Shown: positions 27,912 to 41,200 of the stretch, one piece after another
Position numbering within the stretch: position 1 is the first letter of the stretch
Layout of the letters: each line of letters begins with the position of its first letter
From: Sphaerodactylus townsendi
Lineage: Eukaryota
Assembly: GCF_021028975.2 (NCBI RefSeq)
Contig: NC_059427.1
Location: forward strand, 99,696,001-99,760,000
Direction of reading: 5' to 3'
Length of the DNA stretch: 64,000 nt
Position numbers and translations under genes: made by a program
The notes under the pieces: model-generated
What the model was told of the DNA's origin: nothing
The model's database searches: none
Seen by the model: only the letters and a program-made list of their open reading frames with translations

Positions 27912-28710
27912 ATTTATTTTATATGTGTCACCAGGCTTGTCTTACAAGAACTTATTGGGTCATTGAATTTTAACACTGATTTCTACAGGAACAGTGGCAG
28001 AATTATTGTGCTATTTGGGGGTTAGTTGATATGTACATCTTTGTCACTGAAGAGAACATTTGAATCCTATATTATGTATCTGTTCCTGCTATAAGCTAAA
28101 TAATTTGAGCTTCCTATTAAAGAACATCATGAACGAGTTAAAGAACTTAAGCACGTGATCTTAACTGCCAACATACCGGAAGTTTTACTTTTAGTATGGT
28201 GCTGATGGCAGACAAATCGATACAATAATCTATGAACAGAAAAGTTGGTAATTGTGAGACAGGAAGAGGATGTGAGATCTGCAACTTTGCTCCTCATTCT
28301 TTCTTCACAGGTTTGCAAATTTTTGCCTGATATTAATTCAACACACATTATCACATCAGTTCTAATGACCATAAATTTAACACACATGTCATAAATGCAG
28401 TATTGGAAAGCTATATTATGAAAGTACCACTAGGAAAAAGAATCCTCCTGCATTAGTTTGAATAACCATAGAGACAGATTCCAAAAGAGAATAATAAATT
28501 ATCTGGTAAATATTAAACATTAGATACTAACAAATAATATGGCAGGTGATTCCATAGGCATCAATGTAACTTTTCAGATGCATAAAATGAATCAAGAAGG
28601 TACGGTTACTGACTCTAAATTGGGGAATTTCTTGAGATGTTGGGGCAGAGTCTGGGAAGGGCAAAGTTTTGGGTGAGGAGGGAGCTCACTGGGAATGGGA
28701 TGCCATGCAG

Positions 28711-28858
28711 CAGGGGTCTGCAACCTGCGGCTCTCCAGTTGTTCATGGACTACAAATCCCATCAACCCCTGGCAGCATGGCCAATTGGCCATGCTGGCAG
28801 GGGCTGATGGGAATTGTAGTCCATGAACATCTGAAGATCTGCAGGTTGCAGACCCCTG
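28711..28858. mobile_element. hAT MITE nested in another MITE
   Basis: TIR caggggtctgcaacctgc; TSD CCATGCAG/CCATACAG; core shared with 3906-4022. Confidence 0.85.
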
Positions 28859-30550
28859 CCATACAGTCTACCCTCCAAAGCAGCCATTTTCTCCAGGGAA
28901 ACTGATCTCTATAGTCTGTAAATTGGTTGTAATTCCAGAAGATCTCCAGGTCCCACCTGAAGGCAGGCAACCACATGAGAATGTGACTGATTCCATGACA
29001 ACAGAAGGATAAGCTACATTGCAAAGGGTTTGCAGGTCATTTGGTTATATTTCTCAAGACACCTACTGATATCTGAGAAGAAGCAGTAGTGAAGAGGATC
29101 CTATTGTAGAAAAAGCCATAGACGCTTTCCTCCCAACAGCACAGGTTTCCATTGTAGCTACTAGATATGATATGTTAATTGTTAATAGCTAGAGAGAGAG
29201 AGGAAAAAAACATGTTGGAGCTTCTGGACAAACTAAAGTCTTTCTGCAGTTGCTTGGTTTTAGGAAGAGTGGTGAGGTAACCCTACATTAGTTTTCATCA
29301 AATGCCATTGTTGGATTCATACCTCTCTCTAGTTCCTTACACACATAACAGTGAGAATTTTCCTGCTGAATATATGTTAGTGGGATGAAGCACTTTCAGC
29401 CCAATCAAGGGCAGGGACTGAAACAGTTTTAGGGAGTGGTGCAGTCTCACACCAATGTGTTTGGCCCCTATGCCAGTGCAAAAGGCACCCCTGCCAGAAC
29501 AAGGAGCAAATGAGGCAGTGTCCAGCCGCCCCTCAGCTCCATGGTGGTGAAAGTCGGAGGTCAGGGCTGCCACAGAGCAATGTTGGCATTGGGGAACGTC
29601 TTTTTAAAAAGGTGGCTTCTTGTGTGCTTTCCAGAAAAGCAAATGTGCCAGAGGGAAAAAGCAGCTATTTCCAGCCCAATTGTTTTGGACAGTGCTTCTC
29701 AAAGGGAGGAGAACCACATGTACAGCCCCGTTATCTGTGTGGTATCTCATACATAGATCATGGTGTAAGGCCTGGAAAATGTCAGTGGATCTTGCAGAGA
29801 AACTTAGCAGCAAATGAAGATTAAGCTGGGAAACATTGGGACAATTAGCAGCTGGAAACAGGAACAATGTTCCAAAGGGTTTTAAGGACAGTATCATATG
29901 AAGAGAAACCTGTCATATCATATATCTAGTTACGTTAGCATCTGCTACATAGATTTCTATACATGGTTAGGATTTAGAATTAGTGTGCTCTATAAAATAT
30001 AGAACTATTAATGCCATATTTAAAATATATTTTCATTGCCAATAGTAACATGTCATCCATTTGTAAAAAATATATGTAGTATATTCCCAGAAATCTGACA
30101 CCCATAAAGGCTGTCATGTAATTCAAGTAACTCATTGCTGCCCTTCCTTATTTAATCCCTTAATCACCTGTTTAAAAATGATATTTCCTAGCACTTGTTT
30201 CAAACATGTGGTACTTCTGGGTCCAATCCAGATGCTTAAACTATATTTTATTTATTAAAAATGTGTAACTTGCTTTTCTTCTGAAATAAGAACTTCAAAT
30301 AAAGAGCCAATTCTAATAAACATTTTAGAAGCAATGTCCTAGTATCTATAATCTTGTACACTTAGCTGGGATCACACATGATAGCAGGTGGCCCTTATCC
30401 CCAGTTACCAATTTTCAGATTCTAGACTGAGGTGTCTTATACCAGGAGTACTGATGTGAACTCATTTGTACTGGTAAAAGGCACAGGTAGTAGCTAGTCA
30501 CAACCATGCAAGCCAAATAATCAAACTGGTTTCAGTCCTGTGAAGGTGTG

Positions 30551-30690
30551 GGTCATTCCGCACATGCAGAATAATGCACTTTCAAACTGCTTTCAGTGCT
30601 CTTTGAAGCTCTGTAGAATAGCAAAGTCCACTTGCAAACAGTTGTGAAAGTGGTTTGAACATGCATTATTTTGTGTGTGCGGAAGGGGCC
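30551..30690. mobile_element. PIF/Harbinger-like MITE
   Basis: Near-identical to 3175-3315. Confidence 0.75.
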
Positions 30691-31545
30691 TTAGAGATGA
30701 TTATATCTCGTTGCAAGAAATGGGATGCACTTCATTGCAGTGGGATATTAATCTTGATTAAAGAAACTAAGTTTCAGTAGAATTTTCTTCCACAAGTTGG
30801 TTAGGATTGTAACTTTAATATTGGCTAATTTTAGCTGGATCAAGAACATATGGTGCAAGAAGTCTGTGTTGTGTACTAATTGGATATTCATAAGAGGTGC
30901 ATTTCACAGGATAATCTGTTCTTTTGAAATATTCAGCAACCACATTGATTTTGAAATGACCACTGTTTTCCTTCAACGGATTTCAGAATGGGACAAATCT
31001 GCTGAAAATAATGCATAGAATGGATATATGTCTCTTTTGAAAACACTTGTCCTCAAAAGTTCAAGGGGTGATTTCCTCCAAAATGTTTAAAATAAGACTA
31101 TTTAAGACCACTTAGAAAGTCTGGCCAAATAATTCAAACTGGCTCCAGCCTGGAGATTAAGCATTTCTTATATCTGGACCGTTTAACATTGGGCACTTTC
31201 ACACACACACTAAATAATGTACTTTCAATCCAATTTGCAATTGGATTTATCGACTTGCAAATGATCGTCAAAGTGCATCAAAAGGGGATTGAAAGTCCAT
31301 TATTTATCATCTGATGGTTTTTCCACATGCTTGATTGATCCTTAATTTTCTTGGCAGTTGATCTGCAAGCACCGGAATTGGTTTGGGAATGGTTCTTCTA
31401 CATGCTTGGCCTCCCTCTGCATTTTCACAGTTGTGGAGTGAGTTTATTTTCTTCTGCACATGGCTTAAATAATTAGGATTTTCAAGGGAGCTTGCTGTCT
31501 TGTGTGGTGTCACTGGTAACATTACAGCACTTCCTTTATTATTCA

Positions 31546-31686
31546 GGCCCCTTCTGCACATGCAGGATAATGCACTTTCAATGTACTTCGCAGCTGGATT
31601 TTACTGTGCGAAATAGCAAAATCACAATAGCAAACAATAGTGAAAGTGGATTGAAAGTGCATTATTTTGCATGTGCAGAAGAGGCC
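31546..31686. mobile_element. PIF/Harbinger-like MITE (related subfamily; a decayed relative at ~31191-31310)
   Basis: TIR ggcc(c/t)cttctgcacatgca..ataatgcactttcaat. Confidence 0.75.
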
Positions 31687-32329
31687 TAAGAGTCACCACA
31701 TGGCATGGCTACTAGAGAAGGGGAAGAGAGAATGGCACTGAATTGCTCATCATTAGTGATTTCATGGACACTAAATACCTAGCTACAATGACAACTACAC
31801 AACCAAATTCTGACAGTCCTCCAAGACATAACAGCTTTGCTAGTAGGGGAAAAAGATATATTACTTCCTTTTTGTGGGTTGAGAGTTAAGAAAGTACAAT
31901 ATCACTGTATAACAAATTCTGCCTGGAAGGAGGAACCTGTTTCCTGCGCTACAAGGAGCTTCTACCAGGCACTTGTTGAATTTTAAACTGATCATATGCA
32001 TAGTCCCTATGTTAATCCAGCCTTCCATTTATTTAATTACAATGGCATCAGTTAGCCAAAAACAGCAAGAATTTTACCAGCGTAACTGCTTGCTCTCAAA
32101 GCAAAACATTAGCATCACATTTCCATTTTGTGATGATACAAATGGAGTCCCCCCCACACACCCCAGCTCACAAAAGATGGTAAAGCAACCTACTGATGCT
32201 GTGGTGCCATGTGCAATCCAGCTTGCTACAGCAAAAGCCACTGAAAGTTTTGTGACTAGCAAACAGAACACTGAATATTGTTTTAAATAATTTAAACTTC
32301 AATAATGGATTAAACTTTAAGCGGCAGGT

Positions 32330-32592
32330 CTCTCTGGCCAGCTTTTTATTAGCATGCTTCCAAATGAAATAAATTCTAGTTGGTGTCTCTTGCGGGAGGC
32401 GAGATGGAGTTTGTTGCAGTCAGAGACACAGCTCAGTTTGCGATGGCATACAAAATCCTTGCACGCTGAGCATGTCCAAGTAGTAAAAAGCTTTCATCAA
32501 GAAAAGTGGCAGGGAGAAAAATCTTGACTCATTTTCTTCAGGTTCTCATTACGTATAAAGTCTCAGATACCTACGCTGTTCTTCAGCTGCTG
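32330..32592 (-). other. KCNIP1: KCNIP1 proximal 3' UTR with candidate polyadenylation signal AATAAA (32350-32345); the true end is unknown and may lie further downstream
   Basis: Follows the stop codon; plus-strand tttatt at 32345-32350. Confidence 0.5.
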
Positions 32593-32640
32593 TTACATGA
32601 CATTTTCAAAAAGTTGTAAGGATCTCATGATATTATCATC
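32593..32640 (-). CDS. KCNIP1: KCNIP1 last coding exon: DDNIMRSLQLFENVM* (TAA at 32595-32593)
   Basis: ttttctctttactcctag|GATGATAAT...ATGTAA. Matches the KChIP1-type C-terminus. Confidence 0.97.
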   Translation of the reverse strand, partial: DDNIMRSLQLFENVM

Positions 32641-33199
32641 CTAGGAGTAAAGAGAAAATAAATCATGCATATTTATATTGCATATATAAAAAACAGTTCT
32701 GTCAAGCCAAGTAACAAAAAGAGGCTGTTGTAGTACAGATAAACTTTTTAAAAAGGTCCACAGATAAAGCTGAAGTTAACTGTGGCTCAGTTCACTGTGT
32801 ACCCTATATGCGAATTGTAACATGGGAGTGAATCTGAAGTGTTGTTTACCTTTCCCCAATCTGTATAGAACCACCAGTATTAATGGCCTATGCATGTGTA
32901 CATTAGTAGGTTCTATTGGCATGATCAGTCTAGTCCCTTTTACGCTAATGGATAATGGGAAATTGACATAGAATAAGTCATTTACATACCCAAGGTTCAT
33001 TCTTCAAGTGCTTCCACTCCTGTTCAATCATGAGTATAATTTTACATGCTTTGGAACAGTGTTAACCACAATGATTTCTAAGTGTGTTAATTATTCCTGC
33101 CTTCACGGGTCCATCGCCTTTCCTCCAATTCCCTAATCCCACTCTCTTCCATTGCAACATTTCACTGACCTTATGCATCCAAACTTGAATGTCCTGCTC

Positions 33200-34497
33200 T
33201 TCTTCTCCTCAGCATATACGGGGACATATGGGGACTTTTGCCCTGGATGTGCTGCTGTTCGGTCACATGGGGGATAAACATTTTTCCCCACACCCCTCCT
33301 CCTTCCCCCCTTGGCCCAGCCCGGCCCCACCAGGCTGCTCCTTCACATGGCGGAGCCTCCACCAGCTGAAAGAGAAGCCTGGCGGGGCTGCCACTGGGGC
33401 CGCCAGACTGCCCTGGACTGCTGCCTATGGGAAGTGGGATGTGGACGCGGGGGGGGGGGGGGGTTGCGGGGCAGGAAATCTTGCCCCCTGCTTTCATCAG
33501 CCCAGCTTGAGTTGGGATGGGGCTGCTTTCTCCAGGCTTTCTGCTGCCTGGAGAACTTGAAGTAGGATGGGGTGGGAAAGCTCTCACAAGGTTTGGCGAG
33601 AGCTTCCCCACCTCTGCTCATCCTGAAGCTTCCTGAGCCACCAACAGCCTGGAGAGAGCTTCCTTGCCCCATGGCCTGGGGAGCTTGAAGATTGGCAGGG
33701 TGGGAAAGGTCTTGTCAAGCTCTCTGCAGTCCAGCTTGAGTTGCGATGGGGGGCGCTTTCTCTGGGTCTTCTGAGGCACAGGGAGTTTGAAGGGGAGGCA
33801 GCTACCGCCAGGCTTGGCGAGAGCTTCCCCACCTCTGCTCACCCCAAAGCTTACCAGGCTGCTGGGAGCCTGGCGAGAGCTTCCCTCCCCGCAGCCTGGG
33901 GAGCTTCAGGGTGAGTGGAGGTGAGGAAGCTCTCGCTGAGCCTGGCAAGAACTGCCAACCCTGCCCCCTGCAAGATCCCTGGGCCGCAGAAAGTCCAGAG
34001 AGAATCACCTTCACCCCCTTGCTACCTTCCCCCACCTCTAGCCACCCTCTCCAACCCCTAGCCACCCCTTCACAGTCTTCCCCACCACTACCCATTCCTT
34101 CCCATCTTCCCCACCCCTAGCCACCCCTTGCCCCCTACCCCCACCCCTTCCCATTTTACCCACCTCTAGCCTTCCCTTCCCATCTCCCCCTCCTAACCAT
34201 CCCTTGCCACCTTCTCCCTATCCACCCCTTCCCATCCCTTGCCTCCCCTTTCCATTTTTCCCACCCCTAGTCATCCCTTCCCATCTCCCCCACACCTTGC
34301 TACCGCTTGCCACCTTTCCCCACCCCTAGCTACCCCTTGACACCCTCTCCAAACCTACCCCCCACCCCTAGCCACCTCTTCCCATTTCCCCCTGAGTTCC
34401 ACCCCTAGCCACCTCTTTCCCATGGGGTCGGGGGTGCGGCTGCCCATATTGGGGGTGGGGGGACTCAGACTTTGCCCTGGGCTCCATTTTCCCTAGC
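33200..34497. repeat. GC-rich repeat element in the last KCNIP1 intron, with internal duplications and a C-rich degenerate minisatellite (34010-34420); its end resembles 15240-15330
   Basis: Repeated gagagcttccccacctctgctca and cccacccctagccacc units; terminal ttgccc..gg.tccatttt.cctag. Confidence 0.55.
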
Positions 34498-35251
34498 AGT
34501 GACACTTGGTGCTACTACATTCTTTGTTCAACTAAATTAAGCTCTAGTGATGGTAAATGGAGCCATACTGACCAACAGTAGAGTAATCTGCTAAGCAATC
34601 ATGAGTTGTTCTAGAAGAAGGGCAAGTCACCTGAAAAATACCTTTTAGCCTTGTTGTACAGGCAGGACTGGCAAGAAGTGCATAGAACACATTTTGCACT
34701 TAGTCTGTTTTATTAAAAAGAGGAGGATCAATTTATAAATTATTGTTGCATTCAGCCTTTCCCAACTTTAATATGATCATAGCCATCATTTTTCGAAACC
34801 GAACACCAGAAACACCTGCTTTCCAGGATTAACATTGGCGGATTTTGGCTTTGGAGAAACCCAGAATATTTGCATAGATTCTCAGTTTAGTAAAACTGTT
34901 TGGATGTTTCCAAGTCATATTCTGGACTTCCTATGTAGCGAATAGCAGCAAGCCATACTATGTGATGCACATGTTTCCTAAATATCATGCTTTTCTCTAT
35001 GTCCATGTTTACACCCACATCTTTACAAACTTCACCTCTATGTGCAGTGTCACTGCATGATGTTTGCTACTACTGCATCCCAGTGCTTATATTGTTCACC
35101 AGCACTGGTGAAGTGAAGTAAGAAGTATTAAATATCATGAGACACAGGGACGCAGTCTGAAAGCATTAACAGTGTTTGAATGAATAGCAGTTTAAGCTTG
35201 ATCACATGAGATAAACTCTTTAATTTATTATGCAAAGAAGTCAATCCTTAC

Positions 35252-35314
35252 CTCCTGACATGACTCAATAAATTCATCCAAAGTTACAACCCCATCTTTG
35301 TTTTTATCCATTTT
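35252..35314 (-). CDS. KCNIP1: KCNIP1 coding exon, 63 nt: [21 protein letters not shown] (EF-hand 4)
   Basis: ttttattttacag|AAAATG...CAGGAG|gtaagg. EF-hand loop [12 protein letters not shown]. Confidence 0.97.
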
Positions 35315-35511
35315 CTGTAAAATAAAAAAAATCATAATATGTATACCTTTGTAAAATGCAGTGTTATGCACAATTGACAGCGTTCAAAAAATAAGCATGC
35401 AGTTTTGCAGTTGTATATAGAATTTTCCACCCAAGCAAGGTACAGAATGAAAAGATAGTCTCCACAAGTTCAGAAGCAAGGAGGAAAGTTTGCTGAAAAA
35501 CATGAAATTAC

Positions 35512-35616
35512 CTGAAAGAATACTTCTACATGCTGCCTTGGAGCATCTTCTTTCAGCACTGGGTAGGTGTATTTTCCCATCATGTCATAAATTGCCTTTA
35601 CTATATCCATCATCTC
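35512..35616 (-). CDS. KCNIP1: KCNIP1 coding exon, 105 nt: [35 protein letters not shown]
   Basis: gattctag|GAGATG...TTTCAG|gtaatt. [19 protein letters not shown] is the KChIP1-type sequence (KChIP4 has [19 protein letters not shown]). Confidence 0.97.
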
Positions 35617-36584
35617 CTAGAATCATGCAAATCAAAACACAAAAAAGGACTTTAGAAACCTCAAATAGAGTAGAAATGACACAAGTTTGCTTTCCAGTAC
35701 TATTTGTCAACAGATAAAATGCATATGGGTCAAATTGGGAACAGGAAAAACAGATGTTTTTCCTATGCAGTTTTAACATTTGAAACCACATCAGACCATT
35801 TTTTCCCTTTGAAAGCTAACAAAAGTTTAGGGGTATCTATGTCCACTGTTACCCATAAAACTCTTCTCAGGAACAGGTACAAAAAGTTTCTATCCCTGCC
35901 CCATATGTTTGTATGGCCCAAATCTCAACTGTCTAGATTTTGACTTCATGTTAAATGTTGGGAGAGTCTAACTCTTCCAATCTCTCATCCAGATGTTTGC
36001 TGATGCTATGTAACTTTTTTCTCAGTCACAGAAAGAAAGGCAGGCAGGGCAAGAATGCCTCTTACTATTAACTGGTGAATTGATCTTGAATAGAAAAACT
36101 GACCAGGTCTCAATATCACAGACATCTTAATGAGTTTATTGATATCTGCTGAACTTCTATAAAATTCACAATAGAAGGTACAATATGACAGTCCTAATTC
36201 CAAGGACCAATAATCCCCCCCCCCTCATCTATGGAATTATGCGTGAAGAAAAAACAGACCAAATGAATACCTTTCTCTCTGGCTCTTTATCAGTTCTGAG
36301 TATTATAAAGTATAGTAACGATAGACAAGTAAGAAAATGCAACATAGGCATTATCATGCCATTCAAGTGTAAAAGGCATAGAGAGTTTCCCCATGTTTCC
36401 CAGAGTTTTCTTTGCTCTACTTCCTTCCATCCCTTCAAAATATGACTTTCAGAATCACAGAATTTTCACAGAGGAACAGTTGCGAGGATTGACAGGCTGG
36501 AGTGAGCTGAGACAAGGTGATGGAATCGCTCCCCTCCCCTCAATCTGTACATGCAGAACAAGGCATTTCAACTCCTTTCTTCTC

Positions 36585-36896
36585 TGTAAAGGATTCAATG
36601 GTGTTGATGGCCCGAGGTCAGCATACAGGCCTTGACTACATTCACAACCGAGGCTGATGGGCCAGCTTCTCTTGGCCGGCGGAGACCTTATCTCTCTTGA
36701 GGGAGATGAGACCTCCGTTCCCATGGGAATCGGGGAGGGATGGGATGGACAGGATTATAACCTGTGTGCCTTCTGGTGAGGGAGATATTATTCCTGCCAC
36801 CCCGTGTCACATGCGTGAGCTTTCTAGGATGTCTGAATAAGCGGTCTTTTACACCCAAAAAAGCCTTTTATTTCTGCTTCTATGGAATTCCTTACA
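36585..36896 (+). repeat. 5' LTR (312 bp)
   Basis: TG...CA ends; TATAA at 36756-36760; direct repeat of 42697-42998. Confidence 0.95.
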
Positions 36897-36898
36897 TT

Positions 36899-36909
36899 GT
36901 GGCAGGAAT
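36899..36909 (+). promoter_or_regulatory. Primer binding site GTGGCAGGAAT, complementary to LTR sequence ATTCCTGCCAC (self-priming type)
   Basis: Starts 3 nt after the 5' LTR end; exact reverse complement of 36790-36800 and 42898-42908. Confidence 0.85.
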
Positions 36910-38249
36910 CAATGGATTCATCTATCTTCCTAGTGCAGTGGACCCTCTGGTGTCTCGGCATGGAGAGGTTGAATATTCCCTGTGGAAGGTGCGGTGCAGC
37001 CCCAAAGGAGCTCGAGCTTTCCCTTCTGGATTTGGAGGAACCCGGCAGGAGAAGCGGGTCTGCGCTGGTAACTCTTTCCGTCTCGTCAGTATCGACCACG
37101 AGTCTTCCCTTACCCGCCCGTTGGGACGGAGGACGAGAGGCGACCATGGGGACCTACATGAAATTGGATTTGGAAGCTGTCTATGGATCGGCGCCTGTGG
37201 TCCGGATATCTGCCGGATTTTCATTATGGATTACAAACCTCAGATTACAGCCTGTCACAGGAGGAGGCGGGTCTGACCACCTTTCATCGCGGCAACACAG
37301 GAGTCCATTGAGAGCGATTCCTGGACTCGTATTTTGGTGATACTCCCAGAATCCCGTGGCATAGCCACTACAGGGGCCCGTCCGAAGACCACCGTTGAAG
37401 CGGGACTATGTACCGAGGGATTGGGAGATTGTCGTGCCAGCTCGGTCCCGGACCCCCCCAGATCCCGGACAGCAGCTGCACCACAGAGATGCCCGATGGA
37501 GCCACCCGGTGGGACTTGCGATGTCCTCACAGCTCGAGATGAAGAGAGGAATCCGAAGAAAGCCTGCATTCCCCATCGGATCTATTCCCCTCTCCCCATC
37601 AGCGAAAGAAGAGCTGGGATGAGGGAAGTGAGGCCCGACTGCGAGATGTAAAGAAGCATGGGGCCGTGAGCGCCAGCTATGGGAAGAGGAGCGAGAGCAG
37701 CTGCAGCAAGCGTGAAAACCTGCAAAGAGACCGGGGAACAGCGAGCAAAGGAAATCCCAACTTCGGGTGGACCCGTTGCCAAAGGCGGCTACAAGCGGCA
37801 ATATGTGCAGAGACCTATCGGTCCATGATAAAGTCCTGGAACACTCCAAAACTGGACTTACAGCGTCAGCAGCGTTCAGGCCTTTAGCGTGCACATAAAG
37901 TGAACTAACTGCAGCTGTTCAGCGAGGGCGAATTGGCCAAACGCTGGAGCGAGAGAAGCGCTTTTGCATCGCGCCAAGATGCATTGACTTCGCCAAGGAG
38001 AGCTGGCAGCGGAGAGGAACTGAAGAAGCGGCAGCAGAACAGGATGCCCCAGAAGTTGGAGTCACGCTGTCACTGGGTACGGCGGCCAGTATGAAGGGCC
38101 GGCGGCTGCTGGGTCCTGCCACCTTCCAGGACCGGCTCCCCACCAGAACACCAGCGGCACCGGCGTTGGAGTACCTCCGCGATTCCGGCCCCTGCGGCTG
38201 CCTCAACCTGCGCGGCCGCCTTAGCGCCAAGGAGCGTGGAGAGAGGATA

Positions 38250-41200
38250 TTACGAAGACCTCCAATACCTGCCCACGTTTTGATGGGACCGGCTTCCAAA
38301 CTTCCCTACTTCATCCCCTTGCAACTTTCGATGCCCACATGGAGGACTATGGCCCGGTTTATACCCGGTCTGAGCTGGCGAAAAAATGTCTGAGGACATC
38401 GGCTCACTTGCGTCCTGGATGGGGAAGCGACAGCCCGACGCTGGTTTAATGACTCTTTTGAACCTGCAAGATGAAGAATACCGCCGCGGTGCGAAGCGTT
38501 CCTCCAAACCTTAAGGAGGCTGCGCTTCCAAGATCGGGTGCTGAAAATGAAGCTATTAGCACCATCAAATCTATTCAGCAAGGCAACGGCTTCGTTTGCA
38601 GAAATTTGCCCGTGAATTGCGATCGCGGCTATGGGCCTCCTCCTGAGTGGCCAATGGCATGAAATGTGAAGATACTTCTGCCGGATGCTGTCGATGGCGG
38701 AAGCTGCGTGAAAGCAGTGTTTTAATTCGGATCCCCAGCACCTGTGCTGATTGGATAAATTAGGATCCCCAGAGTAGGCGTCCCGTTTGAATGCGGCTTC
38801 CGTGCGGGGGGCATACGCGCCAAAACCATCACTACGACCACCACTTTCGCGACCACCAAATAGCCAAGCCCAGCAGCCTCTACGAGACCACCTCAGAAGC
38901 CGTAAGCCCGACTGGGATGTGTCTTTACTCGCGGAGGACGGGTCATCTGGCAGCCAACTGCCGAAAAAACAGAAGCCAACAGCTCCGACGCGCGCCCCAT
39001 CTGCCGCAAGCCACCATAAAATCCGGGCCGCCCCAACAGAGCTCGTCTAAGGCAGTTGCGAGGCTGACCCAGAGGAGGGGAAGCAGCTGTTGCCTTTGCT
39101 TCGGCCCCTTATGGATATGGGTTACGACTCCAGGCAGCGGTGAGTGAAGGTGGCAGCTCCCATTCTGATCAAGTGTTTCTGGCCAACCCGCTAAAGCATG
39201 CCGTAGGTATTACCAGCCTCAGCCCTTGTAAGATTCTGGGTGCTCCCATTGTTTAATCACGACTGGGTAGCAGAGGAACTAAGGTCTGAACCGAGTCCCC
39301 TGTAGTAAGCCCATACCATTCACCCAAATGGGCTGGCAGTCACCTCTTCGGGAAGGCGAAGGACGGACCCAGTTCAAAGCATGGCAGGTTCTCCTCCATT
39401 TCTTTGCTGACCATTTGGGAGAAAATTGGTTTTATTCTGAAGCCAGTGGCTATGGAAACACTCCCATAGTTCTGGGCATACCGCCATGGTTGTTGTTGCA
39501 TGAACCAAAATTCACATTTGGAAAGAAAGGGATCTTCGAATTCACTGACCCTCCCTCACGGAGAACACACATGAATTGGGGGCTTCGGCTTCTCCTGGCA
39601 TTACCCCCCCCCGGCTTCATCAGCGTGCTGCGGCTCTAATTGCTCCGATTCTACGCGGCATTCCCACGACTTACCAGGATTTAGCCAGAGTATTTCAGGA
39701 GCAGAGAATCACGATCAGTTGCCACCCATAGAGACACTGACTGCAAAATCATTACACTACAGCCAGAGCAGCTGCTTAAAGGTAGAATCTACCGCATGAG
39801 TCCCCAATGAGGAGAAGGAGCCGTGCCTTCTGTAGACAAGAACCTAAACTCAGCGGGTTCATACGGCCCGAACTCACCAAACACACACATGCTGCCCTGT
39901 ATTGTTTGTTAAAAAGGATGGGTCTTTACTGACTCTGCACAGATTACCGAGGACTGTCAATGCGGTCTCCTGTCCAATAAATACCCTTTGCCATTAATCC
40001 AAGGACCTTTTAGGCGCGTTGGGCAAGGGGCGCATCTTTACTAAAGTTGGACTTGAGAGGAAGCTTACTACAGGGGTCCAGAATGGAAGGCTATGAACAC
40101 TTGACTGCATTTGCCTGAAGTTTGGACAGTTTCAATACTTAATAATGCCATTCGGGTTGAAATTAGGGCCCCGAACTTTTATAGTATTATCAGCTTGAAG
40201 TTCTCCATGATTTATTGTACAGAGGGGTAGTGGTATACTTAGATGACGTGTTTTAATTTATTCGCCAAACCATGGAAGATCATGAAGCATTGGTTGAGGG
40301 AAGTGTTGAAGCGTTTGCTCAACAACTCCCTCTTTGCCAAACTTTCTAAATGTTGTTTCCACCAAACTTCTATCGCCTATTTTGGGTTACAGGATCTTAG
40401 CCGAGGGGCTAAAATGGATCCTGCTAAGATTGATGCAGTCCTCAATGGCCTGCCCTACTGTCGAAAGGAGACTCCAATCTTTCCCTAGGTTTTGCTAATT
40501 TCTGTCGTGACTTTATACCCCAATTAGCTAGACGGACTCTCCCACTCACGGAACCTCTTACAGCACTAGGGTAGAGATCCACGAACTGCACCAAGCCGGG
40601 GCCCCTTTCCTGGTCTAAAGAATGTCAGACAGCCTTTCAGCTTTTAAAATCTGCTTTTACTACGGAACCTATCCTGAAACACCCTGACCCCAGATCTCCG
40701 TTTGTGGTTCCGCGTGGATGCCTCCCGGACAAAGCGTGAGGCAGCCCTGTTGCAGAAGGAAAATAAAGATGATAGAGCTGGTTCGATATGCTTATTTATC
40801 AAAGAAATTCTCCGGTGCTGAGCTCAACTGGACTGTTGGGGATGTCACAAAGACTCTGACCATCAAAGTGCTTCACTCTCCACTTAAGTCACTGGCTGGA
40901 GAGATAAACACCCCTTCAGAAAGTTTGGTGGGATCACAGAGCAGCAGCCCTCTCCACCCCCCCTCAAGATGTCCATGAAACAACCCGTTGGGCGATTTCT
41001 TTTCACCGTTTCTCTTTCACTGTCCATTTTTCCCGGAAAAAACCAATAAACTAGCTGATGCGCTCTCGGCGCCCTACCACGAGGGAGGGTGGAGCTACCT
41101 TACGGGGACATTCAGCACTGTTCTCTCCCCTCCCAATTGCTGGGGCTGGCTGTCACCCGATCTCAGGCGACCACTCCTCCTTCTCTACCCATTCCCAACC

